56,981 bases of DNA from Alloascoidea hylecoeti (Eukaryota). Positions 1 through 11,986 of the stretch are shown here, in pieces. Below the pieces are notes generated by a model. That model worked only from the letters and a program-made list of their open reading frames with translations, did no database searches and had not been told where the DNA came from. Within the stretch, counting starts at the first letter, position 1. Every line of letters starts with the position of its first letter. The translations under genes and the position numbers were made by a program. The stretch lies in contig BCKZ01000002.1 of NCBI GenBank assembly GCA_001600815.1, positions 825,454 through 882,434 on the forward strand, written 5' to 3'.

Positions 1-1284
1 ATTGTCGTGACTCTAAGTAAATATAGAAATAAAAATGAACAGACCAAAAGCCAGCCTCCACAGAAAATCTAGGGAATTGGTAATTACCCTTAACCTCTAA
101 TCGGATTAATCAATTAATGGTCTCTTAAACTCAGATACGCAACCTTCTATCACACTCAAGTCAGGAGGGAATGCCAACCAGAGTAAGACCTTAAAGCCAC
201 CCAAAATAATAATTCTAGTTTTTTACTAACAAAAGGGCATAGTTGTATACTAAAAGAATGAGTTCCATTCGAGATATCATGAAGTGTTTCTTTCCCTGAA
301 CTTTCCAATGATATATCAAAGTTTTGGTAGCAGCTTAATAGTATTCGGCCACTGTGTATTTATTCATCGCGTGGCCGAAATTAAGTGCAATAACTGCATA
401 AATTCCTAAGGAAATATAATATTGAAAATTCCAAGAGCCACCTAATCTACGTAGCTACTACTATAAAATATACTGATCTGTCTGTTCCATAATACATGTT
501 ATCTAAAATATTCGTAACTACACATTATAATCCCAAAATTTAAACATCTAGATCGATATCATGAACTCAGCTCGAGTAAAAATCTATAATATTGTTATTA
601 TTCTTTTATGGTACTTACGAACGTTCGTACATGTTAGATAAATAATATATCTGCCCTTTATTGGATCGAAGGATAGAAAATCAGATTAAACCTTTGTAAT
701 CAATATGATACTTATCTAATATAAAATATAAGCGAACAAATAATCTAAATAGACACCGGTTTCGTTAAGAAAACGGTATAATACAGAGACACCTCAATAT
801 ATATATACTATATAGTCTATTATACATAATTATTTTTACTACCCTCATGGCCATGGTAGGGGCGTAATAGAGTCTCATATAATAAGTAGTATAGTCATTA
901 TATTCATACTTTTATGTTTGATTGCTGTAAGCCTTATAGAATATAATTAATATGAGTTATTTATACTAAAGATGGTTTTTGTCTCTGTGTATTAGTTAAT
1001 TAAAATAGCACACATTTCTTTTTTTCATGTACCACAATTGCAATTTTTTATGATCATATTGGAAAATCGCTGTTGTTTTATATTATACCTCTTTCAATTC
1101 AGCGCAATTTTCCAGTAATCATATTTCTAGAATATTGTGGAATATATAAATTCTAACCACTTTAAATTTCACTGATTGAGAAGGTGCACTAGCAACGCTG
1201 CAGGTATAACAATAGGAAACTGCAGCCTACACATATTTATTTCAACTGAATTTTTTTTCTCTCTTTCACTAATAATACTATAAT

Positions 1285-2676
1285 ATGTCAGAATCGAATA
1301 ATCATCTCATAAAGGAAAGAGAAGGACAGTCACCATTTAATGCCTATTCAATTCATCAATGTATTTTTATTGATGGGTATTATATGGCATGTAAAACAGA
1401 AGGTGGTGCATCCAATTTATTGCACTTAAAAGGCTTGGATTTCAAAAATTTTACTTATTATCTAACTCAAATTCATGTGAATAAATTAAAGCTAAATAAG
1501 CAAAATGTTCGCATTCACTTGGAAATTGCTGTTTTTATATATGGAGCTATAGAAAGTACCAGAGAACCTGGTTGGACCAAAATCACTACAGATAATCATA
1601 ATAAATGGATTAAAGAAGTATTAGATAACCAGTCTCAATATCACAGTTGCAAGTTGTTAATAATGACCAAGAAGTATGAAGAATCTGAAATTACTACTCG
1701 CCAACCAATACAGGATAAATTGGATAACTTTTCCAAAATTGCCCTCTCAAATGCCGACGACTTCTTGTTATCAGCAAAAGCATGCAGCAAAAGACTCGGC
1801 AAGCAGTTCATGTCAAATAGTACCATTTTGGCTAATAATATTGCAAACTCAGTCCCCATAGTTGAATTAAAAGGTAAATGTAAAATGTTGAAGGGGTTAA
1901 TTGCTGAAACCTTCGATGCTGAAGCAAAAAATACGAAAGCTTGTTTAGACGAAATTAGAAAAAAAGTGGAAGAACAAAATTTTTTCTTTTCTGATACATC
2001 TTATAATGCCAAACCAGTTGAAGAAAATGCGGAATCAAGTACTAGAACAGTTGTAAATAATACAGATGATCACCCTCAAACTTTGAACCAGAATGAAACT
2101 TCATTTGCACTTGAACAAAGTTCCAATATTAATTCCTCAACAAATTTTAATTTTCGAACACCATTAAAGGTGATTGAACCGGAAGTTAATCATGTCAGAC
2201 CAGATATTACTGAAATAGTTCTCGAAAAAGAACAGAAAATTGTTGAATCAGAAAATAGTCTACCGTTATTCAAGACAAGCTTTGCCATTGTAGATTCTGA
2301 ACACAATATGAAAGCCAATTCAACACCAAATATCTCTAGCTCAAGTACAGAATTTCCTAATTCAATTAATCATAAAGATATGTTATGTAAAGCTGAGGAA
2401 GTCATTGTCGGATATCGCTCAATCAAGACTGGTACTAATTGTACAAATAATATTGGGGATGATTCCGAGGCTTCTGCTTCAGACTCTAAAACCAACAATT
2501 TTGAAAGCGAGATAAATGTAGAGTTTATTCCATCAGAAGGGGCTATAACAATCAACGATGAAATACATCCAAATACTAGCACACCATTGTACTCAGCTCC
2601 ACCCAGCCCGGAGATTCGTGTTACAAGCCCTCTGACTGAATATGTTGAAGATGATGATCTTACGATTGTCTATTAG
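1285..2676 (+). CDS. Hypothetical 463-aa protein; helical-looking N-terminal half, S/T/N/E-rich low-complexity C-terminal half
   Basis: Uninterrupted 1.4-kb ORF in AT-rich DNA; ATG in an A-rich context (tataatATG); TATATAAA ~140 bp upstream; no family motif recognised. Confidence 0.7.
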   Translation: MSESNNHLIKEREGQSPFNAYSIHQCIFIDGYYMACKTEGGASNLLHLKGLDFKNFTYYLTQIHVNKLKLNKQNVRIHLEIAVFIYGAIESTREPGWTKITTDNHNKWIKEVLDNQSQYHSCKLLIMTKKYEESEITTRQPIQDKLDNFSKIALSNADDFLLSAKACSKRLGKQFMSNSTILANNIANSVPIVELKGKCKMLKGLIAETFDAEAKNTKACLDEIRKKVEEQNFFFSDTSYNAKPVEENAESSTRTVVNNTDDHPQTLNQNETSFALEQSSNINSSTNFNFRTPLKVIEPEVNHVRPDITEIVLEKEQKIVESENSLPLFKTSFAIVDSEHNMKANSTPNISSSSTEFPNSINHKDMLCKAEEVIVGYRSIKTGTNCTNNIGDDSEASASDSKTNNFESEINVEFIPSEGAITINDEIHPNTSTPLYSAPPSPEIRVTSPLTEYVEDDDLTIVY

Positions 2677-4201
2677 CTTTATTAAATATTTTATTAACTT
2701 TTGTTTAAAATAATCTCAGCATAAATATCGTATTTTATATGTTTAAAATCGATTATTATATATTTGGGTTTAGCAATAATTACGCGGAAATTCTAAATTA
2801 TTTGTTTTGATTTTATCCATTTTTAGACCCTAGATGATGTTGTAGTCGTACTAATTTTCATGATGTCAAGATATAGTGTAATGTTCAAAGTTTTCATGAC
2901 CACTACAGTATTAATTGAAAAATCAAATTTGAAGGCAATAACTGAAATCCAACACAGTAATTAATATTAATTAAATAAAAAATAAATGGCATTATATGTT
3001 CTATCAACACTCTTGCCATAGATAATCCTTTCTGATAACGAAAATATGCCTAATATTTATATAATATCTGTTCATCATTTTCCAACATATTAGCGAATCT
3101 TAACGTGGAATGTGATCATACGTACTATTTAGTTATTATACAGATAATTTGTCTCTAAGTATAAGGGATAAAGAATTTTATCTTGATGTCGAAATTAACC
3201 AGGAAACACCTGTGTATTTCAATAGCTTATCATGAAAATCGTACATATGTATCTCTGATATAGATTCAAAAGTATCAGATTTATTATTAACTTTATATAC
3301 ACGCGTATATACCACTTTAATAACCGTTATCATAAATCGATACATCAAGATCAAGAAACTAAATAAATGTTATTTCTCAAATTAAATTTATAAATAACTT
3401 ATCAGAATATCTGATATTAATATTAAATACTATTATTAATGAAGATCTTTTATTTGGTATCATCAACACTTACAAATAGCAATTCAAAATAAATTTAAAA
3501 AGATTTTTTGGAAATGATCGGATTTGTATAATGAAATAAGACATAGGGCGTAACTCCTTCCATCTTAAACTTCTGGCTAGAACGTCGTATATACGCTTTT
3601 CAAAACGTTATGTTTTATATAATTAAAAACATTAAAAAAACACTTTTCAATAAGCTAAGTTATTCAATTGAGTGGGCCAAAACAATGGTATCCATTTTTA
3701 GTAATAGTATATGGCCCGTGGCCACGACAATCTTAATTATAATGCAACATTAACGATAATTTATAGGGACCATATGCAGAATACCTTGTTTCCGCAGTTC
3801 AGCCTCTTGGGATTATAATTATGTTATATACTAAAAATGGTAATGGCATCTGAAAGACGCTCCATTCTTCCGGACCTAATATTAATTATGTCACTCTCTA
3901 ACCAGTAGTCTTTATTCGTTTATACTGTTATATATACTCCGTTCGGTAATATGGATGCACGGCTGAGTGGAACGCTACATATGATTACCATAACTAGTAG
4001 TAATTAATTATATAATTAATTATAAGATATGAGCGATGAGTTTCAATCTCCATTAATGTATCCATCTTCTCTAACATCTTATCATTACAATTAGAATGCA
4101 TTAATAATCTGAATGTATTTCCTAGGGTATAAATACTACTCGGATTTCCTGTTTTCTGATTATTAAAGTCAACTTGAAAACCTCTTAAACTCAAATTTAT
4201 C

Positions 4202-5245
4202 ATGATTCTCTCTTCAAAGTTTGTCGTAAGCCCTATTTGTCAATTTAAACCCCTTTTACTCCCTACTTCATTTGGATTACAAGTGATCCCTTGGTCAATT
4301 CGTTGTTCTTCTACTTCGTCAACTCTCTATGGAAAAGCAGAGTTGAAAAAAGAATCGGCTAGAACCGATGACAATGACACTCTAACTTTAACGGACACAG
4401 ATCAAAAAAACAAGTACTATCTAAGTAAATCATGGGCCCATCCAACTTTCACAAAAGATCAAATGGAGTCAATTAAAGTCGAACATAAAGAGCCTCAAAC
4501 AATCTCAGATAAAATTGCATTTAAAACAATGAGACTGTTCCGTACATCTTTTGATACACTCACTGGTTATATCCATCCACCAATAGGCGAAGAATTAAAT
4601 CCAAGATATAGAATGAATCATAAAAAATGGTTAATCCGGTTTATATTTCTAGAAAGTGTAGCTGGGGTACCTGGTATGGTTGGTGGTACGCTACGCCATT
4701 TACATTCATTACGGGCTTTAAAACACGATAGAGCATGGATGGAAACATTATTAGAAGAAGCCTATAATGAAAGAATGCATTTATTAACCTTTCTAAAATT
4801 ATCAAAGCCCGGTATATTTATGAGGTTGATGTTATTTGGAGCTCAAGGTGTTTTCTTCAATTTGTTCTTTCTCTGTTATTTGACTTCTCCAAAAACATGT
4901 CATAGATTTGTTGGTTACCTAGAAGAAGAGGCTGTTGTCACTTATTCAAGATGTCTTGAAGATATTGACAATGGTTTGTTACCGGAATGGGATAATCTGA
5001 AGGTCCCTAGTCTTGCCATTGAATATTGGAAAATGGGCCCAAATGCAACAATGAGAGATTTAATCATGTACATTAGAGCAGATGAAGCAAAACATAGAGA
5101 GGTTAACCATACTTTGGGTAATTTAGACCAGAAGACTGATAGAAATCCCTTCGCTGAAAAGGTTGATAATGGTTTACCACAACCTTCAAAAGATTTATCA
5201 ACTCATAAAGGATGTGGATGGAAAAGAGATGAAATTTCATTATAG
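4202..5245 (+). CDS. AOX1: Mitochondrial alternative oxidase (cyanide-resistant ubiquinol oxidase)
   Basis: All di-iron motifs are present: LESVAGVPGMV, EEAYNERMHLLTF, HRFVGYLEEEAV, IRADEAKHREVNH. The basic, Ser-rich N-terminus resembles a presequence. Confidence 0.97.
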   Translation: MILSSKFVVSPICQFKPLLLPTSFGLQVIPWSIRCSSTSSTLYGKAELKKESARTDDNDTLTLTDTDQKNKYYLSKSWAHPTFTKDQMESIKVEHKEPQTISDKIAFKTMRLFRTSFDTLTGYIHPPIGEELNPRYRMNHKKWLIRFIFLESVAGVPGMVGGTLRHLHSLRALKHDRAWMETLLEEAYNERMHLLTFLKLSKPGIFMRLMLFGAQGVFFNLFFLCYLTSPKTCHRFVGYLEEEAVVTYSRCLEDIDNGLLPEWDNLKVPSLAIEYWKMGPNATMRDLIMYIRADEAKHREVNHTLGNLDQKTDRNPFAEKVDNGLPQPSKDLSTHKGCGWKRDEISL

Positions 5246-7619
5246 TTTTTGAGGGGCTTTCAGTGGTGATTTTTGTTTTGAATTTATAGTAATATAATAA
5301 TATTGATTATAAACTTTGGGTGATATTAGGTCTTCTGCATTACAATTGATCTTTTTGTAATTTATCTATATATTCGAACTCAGGTTTGAGTTTATACAGT
5401 TTTATATATAATTTTCAGGTTTAGGAAGGTGAAGTTTTATAAATTATATACGGTACATATGAAACATGACTTTAAGATTTTGTGGTTAAATTACTATTAC
5501 TATTACTATTAATATTAATATTATATATAAATACTTCAATTTATACTTATGTAATTTTTATGTTGTGTCCCACTCAAAATGAACAACATTTTTTTCTCAT
5601 GAGAAATGTTGGTCTTCAGAAGTATGCATGCAACTGTACATGCTACGCTATGAGGAAATATCTAAGCATATATATGCACTCCTCCATATAATGTAAGGTT
5701 AATTGCTGTTCACCTGATTATATAACTATTTGTATGACTTTGGAGTATAAATAGTTGTTTAAGTAATATGCATAGGAACAAATAATTTGACAGAGAATTG
5801 GGCACACCGTATAACCAGTGGAAATTAAATTATTGTGTGAAAGATATATACTAATAGTTTCAATTAAAATAGAGAATTATGTGAATGTTTATATTAATTT
5901 CAAGTCTTCGACATACGTATACTGGTACATATATATAGCTAACACATCTTTTAAGGGTATAACAACTATTACATCCGGATATCCTAAAATAACTTATATC
6001 TAACATAAGATTATTAGCTAAATAAATTACACGTTTTTGCAATTTACAATCAATTAATTATTGTTTAATAGTAAGTTAATATTAATACTAGTAATATCAA
6101 GCTTAGGACCCAATCAAAACTACCTATACCTCTATTGTATTCGTTTTAATGGCGGATGTTTATCCAATCTATACCATGGATCTACAATATTTAAGTTATA
6201 CCGGTATATGATGATTGTCATTAAAGCTAAAACTATACAGTCATATGTAAGCTTATAGGTATAGATGGCTTAACTAGTACGTTTAAGAGAAGGTGGAGAA
6301 ATTTAAATAATTAGCATTTGATAAAAAATTAAAGATAATTAATTGAACCATGGCGGTGTTGTAACTAATAATATTTGACACGTATTATGAATATTTCTAT
6401 TATTAAGATGAGTCAAATATATAAAACTCCCTTTAAAGCTTTGATCTTAATGGTTATGTTCACTAGATAGCCTATAAGTTATAAGACTTATACTTATAAC
6501 ATTTATTATCGACATCGATATCATAATATCAATCACGTGTAAGTGCACCAATTTGGAAACCGTTTAGTTTCATATAAATTGATCGCTTCTAAGATCTTGC
6601 AGTTGTTATACCGGTATATTCATTATTAACAAATTTGTGTTGTAATATTAAACTATAAATTAACTGAGCTGATATGTAATAATGATAAGTTTTAACTAAT
6701 TTAAATTAATTTTGTGTAAGTACTTTGGTTGTAATTTCGAATTATAATTATGGTTTTGTTAAATTACTTTCGAATTCAATTCTGTTAAGAATATCTTCTT
6801 AAATAGAAGAAATGGCTTGTCTTGAAATGTTTAATAATAGTAACTTAATAATATGAAATAAAAAGATTTATATAAAAACATTAAAACAGCATAGACACAT
6901 TAATTAAACAACAAACAATATATAACGATAACATGTAATAGGTGATAATTATGTGAATTTTTTTGATAATTAACTTAATGAATAACTTTTTTTTTTTTCA
7001 TTCTTTAATAATATTGGCATTTGTAAGTGATGAAATAGAGAACACGTAAATAATATCAGAATAATTTTTGGGGAGATCAGGTCAGATAAAACAAAACAGA
7101 ATAAAAACTAAAAAGGAATATAAAATAAAAAAGGAAATTAAAATTAAAAAGGTGGGATTAAAAATGTGTGGAATTAAAAAACAAAATTGTATAACATTAA
7201 ATACAATAAAATATTAAGAACAATTAATAATAATATTTGATAGGAATTTCAAAACGAGGGTAAAGAAGGCTAGTAGAGGGTGAGTTAATTAAAAAAAAAC
7301 AGACAATTTAATCTATTGGGGGGTTTTATATCATAAGTCAAATGTATGGGTGATACAGATAATGGACCAGTAGACGTTCTGTATATTAATATTGTGATGA
7401 AGACAAGGGATTGATTGAAGCATGAGAGGAGAATAATTAATGATTATGACCCGTGTCGTATTGTATTGTTGAATAGGGTGAACCTAATAAGTATAAAAGA
7501 AAGTGAGGCGGAAAATTGTTTATATTTGTTTTTCTATCTTGATTCTGTTTATTTTTTATTTGTTTATATCACCTTCTTCTTTCTTTTTTGTTCATTTCAG
7601 ATTTGATAGTAATTTTTAA

Positions 7620-8990
7620 TTATATCGTAACATCAAGTACCACACTAACATCATCAACTTGCTGTTTTGCTAAATCCTTTAAAATTGGTAAGATATCACC
7701 TAGCTCACAATCATGCATATCGCTGAACCAACTACTGATTGGGACAGCATGTTGTGGATGAAATACATAACTTGCTGGTGAATTATCAAGAATAATTATA
7801 TCTTTTAGGGGTCGTCCTAATTGTGATAAATTTTTAATATAATTGCCCTGATATGTGTAGCATGATTCTCTAAATAATCGATGATGAATTGAAGAATGTG
7901 TATCCAAAATATCTAGTAATGGATCACCGTATCTTGAAACTGATGCTGTAAACACAACCACTTCGAATAATTTACCAACTGTTTCAATAAATTCATCAAC
8001 TCCTGGGCGTTTTATAACATAAACCGTATGAACTTGTCCATCAATTTCAACAGGTATAACGAAATCAGCTTGTCTTAAATATTTGAAAGATGAATGCACC
8101 AAAGTTTCATCAAGATCCAAAACTAAACATTTTCTACCAGATAAATCTAGTGTTAAAGCTGGTAATAAATAACCAGATTCTTGAATCACTTGGCCTGGTT
8201 GAATATCATTAAATGCAAAGTCCTCAGTATCAGCTGCACCCGGTAATATTTGCTCCATTTTTGGAACCTCCTCACCTTCAGTTCTATCATCATTTTCATG
8301 CTCATGATCAGTTTCAACACCTGGTAATGAAGGTTCAGGTATTGGTTCTTCGGCATCATTCGAGCTTGCAACATCAGCATAGGTCTTATGTTCATTTGAT
8401 TCGCGATTATTATCAGTATCGTTAGTAGTATCCAACTGTATTGAATTTGTTGATTTATCTTGAGTGTCTTCTGCTTGTACTGATGCATCCACTTGAACTT
8501 TACTAACATTCTGTGTTTTAGATATTTCAGAGTCGGATTTTGCTTTTGGTTTTGCTATTGAAGATTTAGTTTCAGATTGGGATTTTTCTTGTGTAGTAAC
8601 ATTATTAATATTTTTTTCGAGTAGAATATTTTCTTGATCAATGGTATCATCCAAAAGATTAGACTTATTAACATTCCCAAGGCTGTACAGTTTATCATTG
8701 TCGGTTTCCGGCTTTATTGTATCCGATTCATCGTTAAATTGAACGGCTGTTTTTGAGGTTGATTGTTCCAACCGTTTCCTTGGATCTAAAGTATGGGGTT
8801 CCTTCGGGTGGATCTGAGTATTTGAAGAACGAGACGACTCGTCTTTTGAGGGATCCTTCGAAGGTTCAACCGAAGCACCAGCCGAGGGGGCAACAGAGGG
8901 CTCTTTTGAAGGTTTCCGGATGGGTCTGTGATGGTGTGGACGGTTCAGCTGAGGCCGACAAAAGATGGTGGAAACTATACGGGATAACAT
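7620..8990 (-). CDS. PSR1: Psr1/Psr2-type FCP/SCP-family HAD phosphatase
   Basis: C-terminal domain [16 protein letters not shown]...[11 protein letters not shown]...[15 protein letters not shown]...[10 protein letters not shown]. Long acidic linker and an N-terminal Cys (STIFC) as in membrane-targeted Psr proteins. Confidence 0.92.
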   Translation of the reverse strand: MLSRIVSTIFCRPQLNRPHHHRPIRKPSKEPSVAPSAGASVEPSKDPSKDESSRSSNTQIHPKEPHTLDPRKRLEQSTSKTAVQFNDESDTIKPETDNDKLYSLGNVNKSNLLDDTIDQENILLEKNINNVTTQEKSQSETKSSIAKPKAKSDSEISKTQNVSKVQVDASVQAEDTQDKSTNSIQLDTTNDTDNNRESNEHKTYADVASSNDAEEPIPEPSLPGVETDHEHENDDRTEGEEVPKMEQILPGAADTEDFAFNDIQPGQVIQESGYLLPALTLDLSGRKCLVLDLDETLVHSSFKYLRQADFVIPVEIDGQVHTVYVIKRPGVDEFIETVGKLFEVVVFTASVSRYGDPLLDILDTHSSIHHRLFRESCYTYQGNYIKNLSQLGRPLKDIIILDNSPASYVFHPQHAVPISSWFSDMHDCELGDILPILKDLAKQQVDDVSVVLDVTI

Positions 8991-9125
8991 TTAGGTCGAA
9001 GTGGAGAAAAGAAGGACTTTTGGCTGAAAATATATTTGAAATATCCCAAACCACGGGTGCACGGATGTTTACATTCTTTTATGTTGTTTTGACTGTTTCC
9101 CAACACCATCACCAAAAAAGAGAAG

Positions 9126-10031
9126 ATGCTCGGCCCGCCAAATGCCCAGAAACCCCACGCCCCCTCCGTCGTGCCAACCGGATCGTGGTCCCATCCGGTA
9201 ATTGACAAAATCAGGAAATCACAACCGAACATAGAGCTGGAAGTTAGAAGGATATTCACGAATGGCATAGTGTGGTCCTCGCTAGCTCTTTTGAAGAAAA
9301 TAATATACGACTCGTTTATAGGCAGTTCTGATTCCGAATGGTGGGTTCATGAAGAGGAAGATGGGAGCTTCGATGTTGCAAAATGGTCTTCTTACGCATG
9401 GCTCGTGTTTCAAGCGCTGTTCTTGTGGAATATATTATCAAGTATTTTACGACTTTTGGCGGCTGGAACTGGAAACGATGTCACTGACAATATTGGTGAT
9501 ATGCCTTTAACGGCAGTGCAAAGACAACTAATGGGTCTTGATGATGATTCAATCAGTACTAGTGATAAGAAGAAAGTGCCATTAACCCCACCAAAATATA
9601 CCAAGAATTCTCCATCAGGTAGATTGAGTTTGATTCCCAATTCTTTTCTATCTTCATCTTCATCTCCATCATCATCAAATAAACAGTCAGATACAAGTAC
9701 ATTTAGATCCTCTCCATTGAAGTTGACAACTAAATCAACTCTACCCCCAGCCCCAAATTCTGCTTCAATTAGTTCTCATTCTCACTTTTCTCCTGGTGGG
9801 GGAGCCCAATCAAAGAGCTTACCATTTGCAGCGAAAACTTCATCCTCATCTTCAGCTTCAGTTTCAAAAAAGCAACCTACATCTTCAATTACCACACCTA
9901 ATAGTAAATCATTAGCTACTAGTTCTATTCCCGCTTCTTCTGCTCCTGTTACTGTTACTCCAACTTTCACTCCTACTGGAAGATATTTATATATGACAGA
10001 CTCTCCAAGTAGAAATAAGAAAAGATACTAA
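9126..10031 (+). CDS. POM34: Pom34-like nuclear pore membrane protein
   Basis: PTGSWSHPVIDKI motif, two hydrophobic segments, DMPLTAVQRQLMGL motif and a Ser/Pro-rich tail, matching the fungal NPCC/Pom34 family pattern. Confidence 0.75.
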   Translation: MLGPPNAQKPHAPSVVPTGSWSHPVIDKIRKSQPNIELEVRRIFTNGIVWSSLALLKKIIYDSFIGSSDSEWWVHEEEDGSFDVAKWSSYAWLVFQALFLWNILSSILRLLAAGTGNDVTDNIGDMPLTAVQRQLMGLDDDSISTSDKKKVPLTPPKYTKNSPSGRLSLIPNSFLSSSSSPSSSNKQSDTSTFRSSPLKLTTKSTLPPAPNSASISSHSHFSPGGGAQSKSLPFAAKTSSSSSASVSKKQPTSSITTPNSKSLATSSIPASSAPVTVTPTFTPTGRYLYMTDSPSRNKKRY

Positions 10032-10109
10032 TTCATCATTACCATCTTTTATAATTAATCTATTTTCTATACTGTGCACTTTTTTGTAAGATGTTAAGAT
10101 TTTTGGATG

Positions 10110-10117
10110 ATCACGTG
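10110..10117 (+). promoter_or_regulatory. Cbf1-type E-box (ATCACGTG) upstream of MEU1
   Basis: Exact RTCACGTG about 95 bp before the MEU1 ATG, in a 179-bp intergenic gap. Cbf1 sites are typical of yeast methionine/sulfur genes. Confidence 0.5.
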
Positions 10118-10210
10118 TCATGAGAATATTTATCATATTTTTGGATTACAAATGTCAAACTTTTCCTCAGCTTCCTTTTAATTTTCAGGGATATAAACCA
10201 TAAAATAAAG

Positions 10211-11179
10211 ATGTCGGTTCATCGTGAAAAGTTGGATATCAAGGAGCTTCCATCAACATATAACAAACCCGTTCTTTTAGCAATAATTGGTGGAACAGGC
10301 CTTTATCAATTGGATTCCCTAACACCAGTCGCAAGATTAACAATCTCAACGCCATGGGGGTTCCCGTCATCTCCAATTACAATCTCAACTACATCAACTG
10401 GATTCCCGATTGCATTTTTAGCCCGTCATGGTGAACATCATGATTTATTACCTACAGATGTCCCAAATTGTGCAAATATCGCTGCCCTTAAATCTTTGGG
10501 TGTCAAATCAATTGTCGCTTTTAGTGCGGTGGGATCACTCCGTGAAGAAATTAGACCAAGAGATTTCGTTATACCAAATCAAATTATTGATAGAACAAAA
10601 GGTATTAGAAAGCATACTTTTTTTGAAAAAGGTTTCGTTGCTCATGCTGGATTTGGTGAACCTTTTGATCCGAAATTGGCCGCAATTATTAATAAACACT
10701 CCGATGTTTTAGAAAAGAATGGATATCATTTACATTCAAGAGCAACTTTAAAAGAAGATGTTACCTTAATCTGTATGGAAGGCCCTGCTTTCTCAACACG
10801 TGCTGAATCGAGATTGTATAGATCATGGGGTGCTCATGTTATTAATATGAGTTGTGTTCCTGAATCAAAATTGGCAAGAGAAGCTGAAATTGCTTATCAG
10901 ATGATCTGCATGTCTACTGATTATGATGCTTGGAAAGAAGAAGAAGAACCTGTTACCGTTGAAACCGTTGTTGGAAACTTGAAAAATAACTCAGCGAATG
11001 CGGCAGCTTTAGCTTTGTCCTTTTTACAAGATTTAGCAATTGAACTAGAAGCTGGTAATGTTGGCAATGATTTAGCAGGTTCGATGAAAATGGCTGTTAG
11101 TACTGCTCCAAATGGTGTTAAGAAAGAATTATTGGAGAAAATGCACTATTTATTCCCTGGTTATTGGCCATTACATTAA
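10211..11179 (+). CDS. MEU1: 5'-methylthioadenosine phosphorylase (methionine salvage)
   Basis: IIGGTGLY, TPWGFPS, FLARHG, ANIAALK, SAVGSLREEI, CMEGPAFSTRAES, INMS..PESKLARE and STDYD motifs. Confidence 0.96.
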   Translation: MSVHREKLDIKELPSTYNKPVLLAIIGGTGLYQLDSLTPVARLTISTPWGFPSSPITISTTSTGFPIAFLARHGEHHDLLPTDVPNCANIAALKSLGVKSIVAFSAVGSLREEIRPRDFVIPNQIIDRTKGIRKHTFFEKGFVAHAGFGEPFDPKLAAIINKHSDVLEKNGYHLHSRATLKEDVTLICMEGPAFSTRAESRLYRSWGAHVINMSCVPESKLAREAEIAYQMICMSTDYDAWKEEEEPVTVETVVGNLKNNSANAAALALSFLQDLAIELEAGNVGNDLAGSMKMAVSTAPNGVKKELLEKMHYLFPGYWPLH

Positions 11180-11986
11180 GTTGAATGTGAGCTTATTCAT
11201 TTATTCATTTATGTATTTATTTTTTATAATAATATTAATATAAACTAAATATAAAATTGTTTAAAATTCAATCTCTTAACAGATTAAAACAAAAAACAAT
11301 CTTTTCTATACTCATTTCTTACTATAACGTTAACGTTAACAACATTACTTCATTCAATAACTCGTACAATATTATTAATATTAATATCACGTTTATATAG
11401 TGTGATGAGACCATTTCTTCTTCTTCTTCTTCTTCTCCCATCATATTTGAGTCAAATGAAACCCGATTTATCGTTTGATCTTTACGTATGTCAGAAAGGT
11501 TTAGCGCTAAATTTTTTTTATTTTTTCGATCCCCAATTAATACATTAGTGTACTGTATTTCCAACGACTATTAATTTTGTGACTGATTTTAACTTCCCTT
11601 CAAAGATATTTTGAATTATACTTGATGGTAGTTATGAAGTGTTATTGCTGCAATAACCAGGCAAAAAAGGAAATTTGATCTGTTGATTCATATGTAAGCT
11701 TCCCATTAATACCAGTTCTAGACACATTTCTGTCATCTCTAATATTAGCCTTATACTTATATGGTGAGATGTGTGACTTGAACGCTTTAAAACTCCATAT
11801 CTCAGCAATTAGAATACCAGCTCGTTTTGGAAATATATGATAGAAAATTGCATTTGTCCTGATTGGCTAAGCAAACCAATATATAATACCTTATACGTGT
11901 GCACTAGCATTTTAATGATCTGCACTGGTTTAACCTTCAAATTCCATTCATAACCAACACACTCTCATTTAAATATCCCAACCCAG

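Noticed and set aside
5300..7600. Many 60-70-aa I/Y/L-rich ORFs in AT-rich spacers (also near 19484, 26052, 38978)
   Set aside because: Composition is what random AT-rich DNA gives; no coding signal.
8753..9268. ORFs 8753..9205, 8866..9054 and 8975..9268 spanning the PSR1/POM34 junction
   Set aside because: Antisense or alternate-frame products of GC-rich sequence overlapping two real genes.
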